A stretch of DNA of 64,000 nt from an uncultured Pseudomonadales bacterium (lineage in GTDB: Bacteria > Patescibacteriota > Microgenomatia > UBA1400 > CAYXSR01): positions 1,070-65,069 of the forward strand of contig CAYSEI010000003.1 of NCBI GenBank assembly GCA_964430265.1. The letters run 5' to 3'. Below, in pieces: positions 28,665 through 37,485 of the stretch. How positions within the stretch are numbered: position 1 is the stretch's first letter; each line of letters opens with the position of its first letter. The position numbers and the translations under genes are program-made. The notes under the pieces were generated by a model. It was not told the DNA's origin, did not search any database, and worked only from the letters and a program-made list of their open reading frames with translations.

Positions 28665-30090
28665 TATTTATTATCTTAAAAGACAAACTGAAATTTAAAT
28701 TTTTCTCTTTTTCAAGATTGGAAATTGGTATTATTACACCTTTAAATTTTTCCTCCTCAACTAATTTTCTTTTTAAATTCAATAAATCTTCTCTGTCAGA
28801 AGCTGTTCCCGCCAAAATTACTTGCCCTGTTTGCATATCATATTCAAGATCAGTCAAACTAATATTTTCCGGTGAGAGTTCAATAATTTGAAAAACAATT
28901 TCTTGAGGAAAATTACGTGAGTTTGCAAGGTTTAAAACTTTTTGGCTCTGCTGATTAATTGCTCTTATATTACTTGCTTTTGCAGCAGTTAAAGAAAGAT
29001 TCATACTTTGCATTTGTTTTTTCTTGTTCAAAGAATTAATTCTGTTATAAAAAAACAAATAGGTTCCAATACTTGCAAGAGAGGTTGTAATAATAGCAAT
29101 TGTTGAAATCATAATCCAACGTTTAAGTGTTTTTCTACGTTTTTTTCTGTCATATTTTTTTTGAATTTGGGGAGGCAAAAGATTTATTGTTGTTTCATCT
29201 CTAGGTGCAGCAACTTTTCTCTGACAAAGAGAAATTGTTGTAATAAACCTGTTTAAAGCTTCTTTTTTAAGCCCGCCTATCTGTAAATTACACAATTGTG
29301 ATTTTTTTTCCAAACTACTCTCTACTTTTTGTTGCAGTTCTTTTCCTGCTTCTTGTCCGCATAAGTGAATTTCTTTAATTTCCTCTTGATACTTATCTTC
29401 ATAAAAATTACTCATTCTTTTTAAAGTCTGCAGAAAATATGCCTCGCCTACGCCATTTTCTTTGCCTGTTAGGGAGACAACTGAGCTTGCCATGATTTCT
29501 GCACCTTTACAAAGGGTTAAAGTAGCAGCTTGAGGCTGGACTTCAGCTACAATGGTTAACTCTTTTTTATCTTCTACCAATCGCGCCAAAGATATTGAAG
29601 TTGTTTCAAATGAAAGTGGATGTAGACCGGCTTTTTTAAAAGCTTTGACATATCCATTTACAATTTTTTTTGGAATTGAGACTGCTAAAACCGTATGCCC
29701 CGATGAATTGTCAGACTTAATAATACGCCAGTCTAAATAACTTTCTTCAATAGGAGTCGGCAAAAAAGTTTTTGCCTGCCAACGAACAGCTTCATCAATC
29801 TCATTTAACTTAATATCCGGAAAAGTTATCACTTTAGTAAAAACCTTTTCCTCCGGAATACCAACAATTACTTTTTCCTGCTTGATACTGTTTTTTTGCA
29901 AAATCTGGGTAATCAAAGAAGCAAGCTTGTCAATATCAACAACTTCACTTACATTAATAATTTCCGGGGATATCTGTTGTTCAATAGCTTTAAGAACTTT
30001 GTTTCCTTTACTGTTTAAAACCACTAACTGCAGTTTATGGGAAAGAATTGCTAAGCTAAAATAATCTTTCTGGCTATTTAAAATACTCAT
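28651..30090 (-). CDS. pilM: PilM-PilN fusion
   Basis: Actin-like PilM domain, then INLLP motif, TM helix and PilN domain (VILAGTA). Confidence 0.8.
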   Translation of the reverse strand: MSILNSQKDYFSLAILSHKLQLVVLNSKGNKVLKAIEQQISPEIINVSEVVDIDKLASLITQILQKNSIKQEKVIVGIPEEKVFTKVITFPDIKLNEIDEAVRWQAKTFLPTPIEESYLDWRIIKSDNSSGHTVLAVSIPKKIVNGYVKAFKKAGLHPLSFETTSISLARLVEDKKELTIVAEVQPQAATLTLCKGAEIMASSVVSLTGKENGVGEAYFLQTLKRMSNFYEDKYQEEIKEIHLCGQEAGKELQQKVESSLEKKSQLCNLQIGGLKKEALNRFITTISLCQRKVAAPRDETTINLLPPQIQKKYDRKKRRKTLKRWIMISTIAIITTSLASIGTYLFFYNRINSLNKKKQMQSMNLSLTAAKASNIRAINQQSQKVLNLANSRNFPQEIVFQIIELSPENISLTDLEYDMQTGQVILAGTASDREDLLNLKRKLVEEEKFKGVIIPISNLEKEKNLNFSLSFKIINNEKN

Positions 30091-30198
30091 TTGGGCAGAT
30101 TAACTCTATAACTTAAGTATAGTAATAAATTATGCGCTTGTCCATTATTTGCTCTCATTATATCAGAAGGTTTGAAAATTGCTGCAGAATGCGTTTTA

Positions 30199-31530
30199 AT
30201 GAAGCTAATGCCCAATTCCAAAAAAGGTCAAATTTTAATTGAGATTATTATAGCAGTTGCACTCTTAGGAATCTTATTTCACGCAGTTTTTACTTTACTT
30301 AATGGTGCATTTCAAACAGTGGGTGAAGTCCGCGTCAGACAGACTGCCAAACACTTAGCACAATCAAAAATAGAAGAGATCCATAATCTTCCCTATGATC
30401 AGATCGGTACTATCAATGGAATTCCTTCAGGAAGCATAGCTCAGTACGAAAACAAGAAAATGAACGGAATAAGCTACAATATTTTTACTACTGTTATTTA
30501 TGTTGATGACCCTTTTGACCAATTTGCTCCTAATGATACCCTTCCTACAGATTACAAAAGAATCCGCGTAGAAGTAAACTGGAAAGGTCTTTTCCCTTCT
30601 AAAAGACCAATTACTTTAATTACTGACATTGCACCGCAAGGGATGGAAGAAGCAGAAGACGGAGGAACAATCCTTATCCAGGTTGCCGATGCCAATGTAA
30701 ACCCTATACCAAATGCAGAGGTGCAATTAGTTAATGATTCAGTCAATCCGGAGATTAACCTTAATCTTAAAACTAACGATCAAGGAAAGTTATTGATTCC
30801 GGGTGCACCTGCTTGTGCCACTTGTTATTTTGTTTCGGTAACCAAAAACGGTTATACTACCAGTAGAACTTATTCAAATCAAGAAATTGCCAATCCAACC
30901 AAAGCTTATCTAACAGTTGAAGAAGGTGGTTTAACAGATCCTACTTTTTTTATTGATAAAACTTCAACTATAACAATTAAAAGCTATGGCAGCCGGTTAA
31001 ATGGTTTTCCTCCTTTAGGCAATATTACTTTTCATTTACAGGGCACTAAAAAGATCGGCACTGACACTTCAGAAAATCCGGTTTATAAAATAGGCCAGGA
31101 TTACACAACCAACACTAACGGAGAGATAATCTTGGAAGATTTTGAATGGGATAATTATACTTTTACACTTACGGATGATTCCCTTGACCTGGCAGGAAAC
31201 AATCCTTTTGAATTAAATTTACTACCAGACAGTAACCTTGTTTTTCATTTTGCTACTAAAGAGCATGAAAATAACAGCTTGTTAATTCAAATTATGAACA
31301 ACGCTGATGAGCCAATTGGTTCTGCCAGTGCTGAATTGAGTAGAGAAGAATTTAATGAAGCAACTACCAGCGGCAAGATTGATCAGCCAAACTTTGGACA
31401 AGTGTTTTTCAGTCCTCTTGACTCGGGAGAACATGAATTATTTATAAAAGCTGACGGTTATGAAGACACTCAGAATACAATAGATGTATCCGGACAGTCA
31501 ATTGAAAAAATTATTTTACAAGAACAATGA
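30199..31530 (+). CDS. Large minor pilin with carboxypeptidase-regulatory-like beta domains (start 30199 or 30208)
   Basis: KKG|QILIEIIIA, DYKRIRVEVNW and repeated PIxNAxV beta-sandwich motifs. Confidence 0.75.
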   Translation: MKLMPNSKKGQILIEIIIAVALLGILFHAVFTLLNGAFQTVGEVRVRQTAKHLAQSKIEEIHNLPYDQIGTINGIPSGSIAQYENKKMNGISYNIFTTVIYVDDPFDQFAPNDTLPTDYKRIRVEVNWKGLFPSKRPITLITDIAPQGMEEAEDGGTILIQVADANVNPIPNAEVQLVNDSVNPEINLNLKTNDQGKLLIPGAPACATCYFVSVTKNGYTTSRTYSNQEIANPTKAYLTVEEGGLTDPTFFIDKTSTITIKSYGSRLNGFPPLGNITFHLQGTKKIGTDTSENPVYKIGQDYTTNTNGEIILEDFEWDNYTFTLTDDSLDLAGNNPFELNLLPDSNLVFHFATKEHENNSLLIQIMNNADEPIGSASAELSREEFNEATTSGKIDQPNFGQVFFSPLDSGEHELFIKADGYEDTQNTIDVSGQSIEKIILQEQ

Positions 31531-32147
31531 AACATAAAAAAAGACTTGCCTCACAAAAAGGGTTTACACTAATTGAGCTTTTAGTAGGCATGACCATAGC
31601 AGTTAGTTTGGTTGGTCTGATTATTCTTTTACAAGTTCATTTATCCGAAGACCAGCTGTTCTTATTAAAAAAAAGCTTATCCAACCAAGGAGCAAATGAA
31701 AGTTTAACCCAAATAAAAAAAGAATTACGAAATGTTCAACCAGGAGAAAATGGTGATTACCCATTATTTATTGCCCAAGACTATCAAATCGGGTTTTATA
31801 CGGATGTTGATTTTGACTCAGAAATTGAAAGAGTCCGCTATTTTCTGCAAAACGGTGTCCTGTCAAAAGGAACAATTGAACCTAATGAAAGCTATCAATA
31901 TTTAGAAGAAAACGAAATAATTAAAATTATTAATGAAGACGTTAGAAATACTGATCAACCGCTTTTCTCTTTTTACAACGGAAATTGGCCTGATGATCAA
32001 GAAAATAATCCGCTTGAAACACCAGCACCTTTTGATGAGATTAAGCTGATTAAAATATATTTACAAATTAATACTGAATATGATCCAAACAGTGATTTTA
32101 TATCCGAGTCTTTTGTCAGTCCTAGAATTTTAAAGGAAAACCTATGA
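31527..32147 (+). CDS. Minor pilin (PilW/GspJ-like)
   Basis: KG|FTLIELLVG prepilin motif. Confidence 0.8.
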   Translation: MKHKKRLASQKGFTLIELLVGMTIAVSLVGLIILLQVHLSEDQLFLLKKSLSNQGANESLTQIKKELRNVQPGENGDYPLFIAQDYQIGFYTDVDFDSEIERVRYFLQNGVLSKGTIEPNESYQYLEENEIIKIINEDVRNTDQPLFSFYNGNWPDDQENNPLETPAPFDEIKLIKIYLQINTEYDPNSDFISESFVSPRILKENL

Positions 32148-33520
32148 AAAAAAATAAAAGAGGCTCTTTAACCATTTCTCTTTTAACCATCAGCGCTTCC
32201 TTTATAATCATTATTTTAGCTTTGTTAATGCTTTTAACAAACCAATTTGACTATACAATGCGTCAGGAAGCACATCAGCAAGCATTAAATATTGCTGAAG
32301 CAGGAATTAACTATTACCGTTGGCACTTAGCTCACGATCAAAATGATTTTCAGGACGGAACTGATAATACCGGTCCATATATTCATGATTATCATGATCC
32401 ACAGGGTAAACAAATTGGCCAATACTCTTTAGAAATTATTCCGCCAGATGAAGGATCCACAGTAGTTACCATAAAATCAACTGGATGGCATAATGAATAT
32501 CCAAATATTAAAAGAACTATAACTGCAAAATTGGGTTTACCTTCTATTACTCAATACTCATCTTTAAATAATACCAGTTTGTGGTTTGGTTCAGGCATAA
32601 CCGTTCATGGTTTGATCCACAGTAATAATGGTATTCGCATGGATGGTGTAAATACTTCAATAGTTAGCAGTGCCAGAGAAACATATACCTGTGGTACAGA
32701 AACAGGTTGTTCTCCTTCTCAGGAAAGACCCGGCGTATGGGGAAGCGGACCTGGCGGAGATCAGGGATTGTGGGAGTTTCCTGTTGCTAATTATGATTTT
32801 GAAGGAATTAACCTTGACTTTCTTAAGATGCGTCAAGCAGCACAAGACAATGGATTATATCTTCAAGATTCACAAGCACAGGGATATCATTTAATTTTTT
32901 CCGGTCAATATTTGAATGTACGTAGAGTAACGGATACTGACTATACTTGGGGATATAGCAGTGAACAAGGCTGTGAAAGACTTTATCAATACATAGATTC
33001 TGAAGAGACTGTTGGAAACTATGATTTATCAGAAACCCCCATTGTTTTTGCTGAAGATAATCTTTGGGTAGAAGGAACCGTTGAAGGAAGAGTTACGGTA
33101 ATTGCTACACGTTTTCCTTTGGATAATAATAATATGAATATTTGGATTGATGATAATTTGCAATACGAATCACACGATGATCACAATCGCTTGGGATTAA
33201 TTGCACAAAATGATATATATTTCTCCCGTAATATTCCTAATGATTTTGTAGTTGAAGGCGCTCTAATGGCAGTTAAGGGACATATTATCAGACACGGATA
33301 TTTTTGGTGGTGCGGCTGGTACAATAATGCAGTCAGAAATTCATTAACAGTCTACGGAACTCTTATTTCTAACCTAAAACCATACTGGAACTACGGAACC
33401 TCACCAACTTCAGGATTTGAAACTAGAACCCATACTTATGATTCTTCTTTACTTTATAATCCTCCTCCTTATTTTCCCACTCAAGGAGAATATAATCTTA
33501 TTTATTGGAAAGAAGATTAA
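32144..33520 (+). CDS. PilX-like minor pilin / tip protein
   Basis: KRG|SLTISLL lacking Glu5; QALNIAEAGINY motif. Confidence 0.75.
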   Translation: MKKNKRGSLTISLLTISASFIIIILALLMLLTNQFDYTMRQEAHQQALNIAEAGINYYRWHLAHDQNDFQDGTDNTGPYIHDYHDPQGKQIGQYSLEIIPPDEGSTVVTIKSTGWHNEYPNIKRTITAKLGLPSITQYSSLNNTSLWFGSGITVHGLIHSNNGIRMDGVNTSIVSSARETYTCGTETGCSPSQERPGVWGSGPGGDQGLWEFPVANYDFEGINLDFLKMRQAAQDNGLYLQDSQAQGYHLIFSGQYLNVRRVTDTDYTWGYSSEQGCERLYQYIDSEETVGNYDLSETPIVFAEDNLWVEGTVEGRVTVIATRFPLDNNNMNIWIDDNLQYESHDDHNRLGLIAQNDIYFSRNIPNDFVVEGALMAVKGHIIRHGYFWWCGWYNNAVRNSLTVYGTLISNLKPYWNYGTSPTSGFETRTHTYDSSLLYNPPPYFPTQGEYNLIYWKED

Positions 33521-34179
33521 TCAAGCATTTCACTGCAAACAGTTTCTGAGACAACAAAGTTTTCTTTGCCTTTCTCCGGTTCTTCAAAGTTACAACGAAA
33601 TGGCTTCTGACTGGCACTGGGTTCATCAGAAGGTGAAGGATACAACGGCTCCGGACTGTAGTTACTACTTGGTTCGGGTTCGGAAATGTATGTTTCCGGA
33701 ACCACAGGCGCAGACTCTTCAGGTAAAACAGGACTGGGTGAAGGCATTATTGAATTTTCATCACTGCTTTCTTCCAAAATCCGAACAATTTCTTCAAACT
33801 CTTGTAGATTAATAATATCTTCGGAAATATATGCCAAATCTTTTATATTGTCCAAATCAATTATTATGTTTCCCATTTCGTCAGAAAATCTGTCTGCATC
33901 TAGTTGGGACAATTTAGCAAACAATTGATCAATTTTATTTTTATCCCAATATTGCATAATTGTTCTGTCCGGGGTTTTGATGGTTACTTGACCGCTACGA
34001 TTTACTGTTACCGAACTTCCCTTTTTTTTGAATTCCACTTGCTCAATAGTCTTGGATTTGTTACCACTTCCTGTACCAGCAGAAGGATTAACAATAAGAT
34101 AAATTCCTAATCCCAAAAACGTAAAAGCAACTAAAATCCCCAAAACTATTTTTGTAGACTTACTAATTTTTGTTTCCAT
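33517..34179 (-). CDS. Single-TM hypothetical protein with Pro/Ser-rich linker and terminal Cys pair
   Basis: ORF coupled to pilC (shares base 34179). Confidence 0.55.
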   Translation of the reverse strand: METKISKSTKIVLGILVAFTFLGLGIYLIVNPSAGTGSGNKSKTIEQVEFKKKGSSVTVNRSGQVTIKTPDRTIMQYWDKNKIDQLFAKLSQLDADRFSDEMGNIIIDLDNIKDLAYISEDIINLQEFEEIVRILEESSDENSIMPSPSPVLPEESAPVVPETYISEPEPSSNYSPEPLYPSPSDEPSASQKPFRCNFEEPEKGKENFVVSETVCSEMLD

Positions 34180-35402
34180 TATAAACTGGATCCTGCTTGT
34201 CCTTGTAAATTACCAACCACACTATAGATCGGTCCGATAATTGAAATCACCATTGCTCCTACTGCAACTCCGATTATCAACATTAAAGCCGGTTCCAATA
34301 AGCTAACAAACTTTTTCAGTGATGTTTCCACCTCTTCTTCATAAAAAGTTGCCAAGTCCATTAAAATCTCATCTAAAGTCCCGCTTTCTTCTCCTGCTTT
34401 TATTGTCTGCATCATTATGGGAGGAAAAACTTTTTCCTCTTCTAGGATAATTGACAAAGAGGTGCCTTTTTTGATCTTTTTGTTAAAATGCTCAGAAAAT
34501 TTATCAAATTTGTTTTGTGAAAGCGTAAGCGCAGAAACATTCAAAGCTTTAATAATCGGAACACCCGTTGCTAAAAGCAAAGATAAAGTCCGGGAAAAAC
34601 GTGCTAAATCCAAATGTTCCATTAATCTATTAATTATTGGCATTTTGGATAAAAAATTCATAATTGCTCTTCTTGTGGAGGAGACTTTCATCAGAACTAC
34701 AAAGCCCACGATTGAAAGCACAAAACCTCCAACAACAAAAAGTGCATGGTTCCCCAACCATTTACTTACTGACAATAAAATTTGCGTTGGCAGAGGTATA
34801 TTAATATTCATACTAATAAAAACATTACCAATCTTTGGCAAAACAAAAGTCATCATAGCTATTCCTACAGCCACCATGGCAGTTAAAACCACAATTGGAT
34901 AAGCCAATGCTCCTTTTACTTTTTGTGTCAACTGATGCTGAGACATTAACTGAGTCGCCAAATAATCAAACGTTTCTTCCATTTTTCCTGATTCTTCACC
35001 AGCCTCAATCATGGTAATAAAAACTTTATCAAAAACATTGGGAAAGCGGGAAAATCCGTCTGAAAGTGATTCTCCTTTTTTAATTCCGTAATAAACATCC
35101 TCTAATATTGCCCGCATTCTCTTGTTTTCTGTTTCAGAAATAAATATTTCAAAAGCTTCATTAATCGGCAAGGCTGCTTTAAGCATAATTGACAAGTGAC
35201 GGCAGAGAGTAGCTTTTTCAATAACAGGAATTGTTAAAAAATTATCAAACAAAGAAGCTTCTTTGTTGCGTTTTTTAATTGATAAAACTTTATAGCCTTT
35301 TTCCTGCAATAATTGGGCAGCATCTTCTTCATTAACAGCAGTGATTCCGTCAGATATAATTTTACCGTTTTTGTTTTCCGCTTTATATTGGAAAAGAGGC
35401 AT
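34179..35402 (-). CDS. pilC: Type IV pilus platform protein PilC/GspF
   Basis: Duplicated AGEESG motifs, ALAYP and LLEP. Confidence 0.92.
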   Translation of the reverse strand: MPLFQYKAENKNGKIISDGITAVNEEDAAQLLQEKGYKVLSIKKRNKEASLFDNFLTIPVIEKATLCRHLSIMLKAALPINEAFEIFISETENKRMRAILEDVYYGIKKGESLSDGFSRFPNVFDKVFITMIEAGEESGKMEETFDYLATQLMSQHQLTQKVKGALAYPIVVLTAMVAVGIAMMTFVLPKIGNVFISMNINIPLPTQILLSVSKWLGNHALFVVGGFVLSIVGFVVLMKVSSTRRAIMNFLSKMPIINRLMEHLDLARFSRTLSLLLATGVPIIKALNVSALTLSQNKFDKFSEHFNKKIKKGTSLSIILEEEKVFPPIMMQTIKAGEESGTLDEILMDLATFYEEEVETSLKKFVSLLEPALMLIIGVAVGAMVISIIGPIYSVVGNLQGQAGSSL

Positions 35403-35403
35403 T

Positions 35404-37083
35404 TTAGTCCTTTAAAACTCTTAATACTTCATCAATAGTTGTCAATCCTGCAGCTACTTTATTTAACCCGTCTTCCATCAAAGTAACCATCCCTTTTTGT
35501 CTGGCAACTTTTTTAATCTTGTCACTGGATGATTTGGCAATAGTCAATTCCCTAATTTCTTCGTCAAAAGGTAAAATTTCAAATACACCAATTCTGCCTC
35601 TATAGCCCGTATTACGACACTCCTCACACCCTTTTCCCCTATAAAATTTTTGTTTTGTTACTTTTTCTCCCAGTTCTTTTGAAAATAAATCAAGAGTTTT
35701 CTGCTCCGGTTGGTATTCTTCTATGCAACTCCGACAGATTTTTCTTACCAATCTCTGAGCAATTACTGAATTAATTGTTGAAGCAACTAAGTATCCTTCC
35801 GCTCCCATGTCCAAAAAACGGGGGATTGCACCGGCCGCATCATTGGTATGCAAAGTTGATAGAACTAAGTGACCTGTCAAAGAAGAATGAATTGATATTT
35901 CTGCAGTTTCTTCATCCCTGATCTCTCCAACCATGATAATATCCGGATCATGTCTTAATAAGGACCGCAGCCCGGCTGCAAAAGTTAAACCTGCTTTAGG
36001 ATTAACTTGTGTTTGTGTAATCTGCTGCATACCATATTCAATCGGATCCTCAATAGTACAAATTTTTACTTTAATTGTGTTGAGGATGTTCAAAATACTA
36101 TATAAAGTTGTTGTTTTACCTGATCCTGTTGGACCGGTAACCAGAATCATTCCGTGTGGTTTTTCAATGCTATTTCTGATTAATTCCAAGTTCTTGTTTC
36201 TTAGTCCTAATTCTGAAAGTCCCAAAGGACGCGCACTTTCAGTTAACAAACGCATTACCACATTTTCGCCGTAAAATCCGGGAATTACGGAAACACGCAA
36301 AGCAACTGATTCATTGTCTATTTCAAATTTAAACCTCCCGTCTTGCGGAACACGATGTTCATCTATCTTCAAAGAAGCCAAAATCTTTATTCTTGCTACT
36401 AATGCTCCTTGTATTTCTTTGGGTAGATTAATAATATCCTGCAAAACTCCGTCTATACGAAAACGCACTATTACTTGCCCTTCAAAGCTTTCTAAATGAA
36501 TATCAGAAGCTCTTTCTGCTGCAGCAAATTCAATTAAAGTGTCTAAAAGTTTAATAACTGGTATTTCTTCTGCCGCTTCATTTGGCTCTTTTTTCCCTTT
36601 TTGTGCTTCTTCAATGTTTTCCAAAATATTTTCTTTAAACACTTTTTTAAAACTTTTTTTGTATTGCCCTAAACTTTTACTTAAATCATCTTCCATTATT
36701 AAGTAAGGAACAATACGTTTCCCTGTTTTCCGTTTGGCAAATTCCAAAACTTCAAAATCTTTTGGGTCTTCCATTGCTAGATGCAGATTATCTTTTTCAA
36801 CTTTAAATGGCAAAATACGATAATTCCGTGCCAAACGCTCAGGAATCAAGTTTAGAACATTTTCAGGTATTACAGTACCACTTAAAGAGATAAAGGGGAC
36901 ATTAAGATGTTCTGCAACTAATTGACCCAAAGCTTTTTCTGTTATTAAACCTCGAAAAATCAAAACATCTTCCAGGCTTTTTTTCATTTCTTTGGCTGTA
37001 CTTACAGCTTTTTTAAGTTCTTTTTCATCAACAAACCCTGATTTGAGCAGGATTTCTTTCAGAGTTTCTTGTTTTAATTTCAT
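35404..37083 (-). CDS. pilB: Type IV pilus assembly ATPase PilB/GspE
   Basis: Walker A GPTGSGKTT, TIEDPIEY, LRHDPDIIMVGEIRD, Zn tetracysteine and N-terminal MshEN-like region. Confidence 0.95.
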   Translation of the reverse strand: MKLKQETLKEILLKSGFVDEKELKKAVSTAKEMKKSLEDVLIFRGLITEKALGQLVAEHLNVPFISLSGTVIPENVLNLIPERLARNYRILPFKVEKDNLHLAMEDPKDFEVLEFAKRKTGKRIVPYLIMEDDLSKSLGQYKKSFKKVFKENILENIEEAQKGKKEPNEAAEEIPVIKLLDTLIEFAAAERASDIHLESFEGQVIVRFRIDGVLQDIINLPKEIQGALVARIKILASLKIDEHRVPQDGRFKFEIDNESVALRVSVIPGFYGENVVMRLLTESARPLGLSELGLRNKNLELIRNSIEKPHGMILVTGPTGSGKTTTLYSILNILNTIKVKICTIEDPIEYGMQQITQTQVNPKAGLTFAAGLRSLLRHDPDIIMVGEIRDEETAEISIHSSLTGHLVLSTLHTNDAAGAIPRFLDMGAEGYLVASTINSVIAQRLVRKICRSCIEEYQPEQKTLDLFSKELGEKVTKQKFYRGKGCEECRNTGYRGRIGVFEILPFDEEIRELTIAKSSSDKIKKVARQKGMVTLMEDGLNKVAAGLTTIDEVLRVLKD

Positions 37084-37466
37084 GGCAGTGAATTGTTATC
37101 TACGTCTTTAAGATGTGGCTTAATTTTTTCTACAACTTGATTAGGTGTTAAGTTTGCTTTTACTAAATACTCTTTAACGCCCATTTTTTGAGCAGCATTT
37201 CTTTTTTCCGGATCAGAAAGATTGGAAAGAATTACAACCGGAACACTTTCACCTCCGGGTAAAGAACGGATTTTTTTAAGTGCATCCAAACCCGACAGTT
37301 TAGGAAGCATAATATCAAGAAGAACAAAGTCCGGATTTTCTTTTTCAAAAAATTCCACAGCTGCCTCACCTTCTGCAACAATACTAGTCTCTATACCCAA
37401 ATTCTTTAATTTTGTTGCATACATTCCAGCAATCAAAGAATCATCTTCTGCTATTAAAACTTTCAT
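37080..37466 (-). CDS. Single-domain response regulator (receiver only)
   Basis: VLIAEDD, LLDIMLP (phospho-Asp), ILSN and YLVK; 128 aa; ATGA overlap with pilB. Confidence 0.9.
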   Translation of the reverse strand: MKVLIAEDDSLIAGMYATKLKNLGIETSIVAEGEAAVEFFEKENPDFVLLDIMLPKLSGLDALKKIRSLPGGESVPVVILSNLSDPEKRNAAQKMGVKEYLVKANLTPNQVVEKIKPHLKDVDNNSLP

Positions 37467-37485
37467 AAAATCATCTTAACATTTA

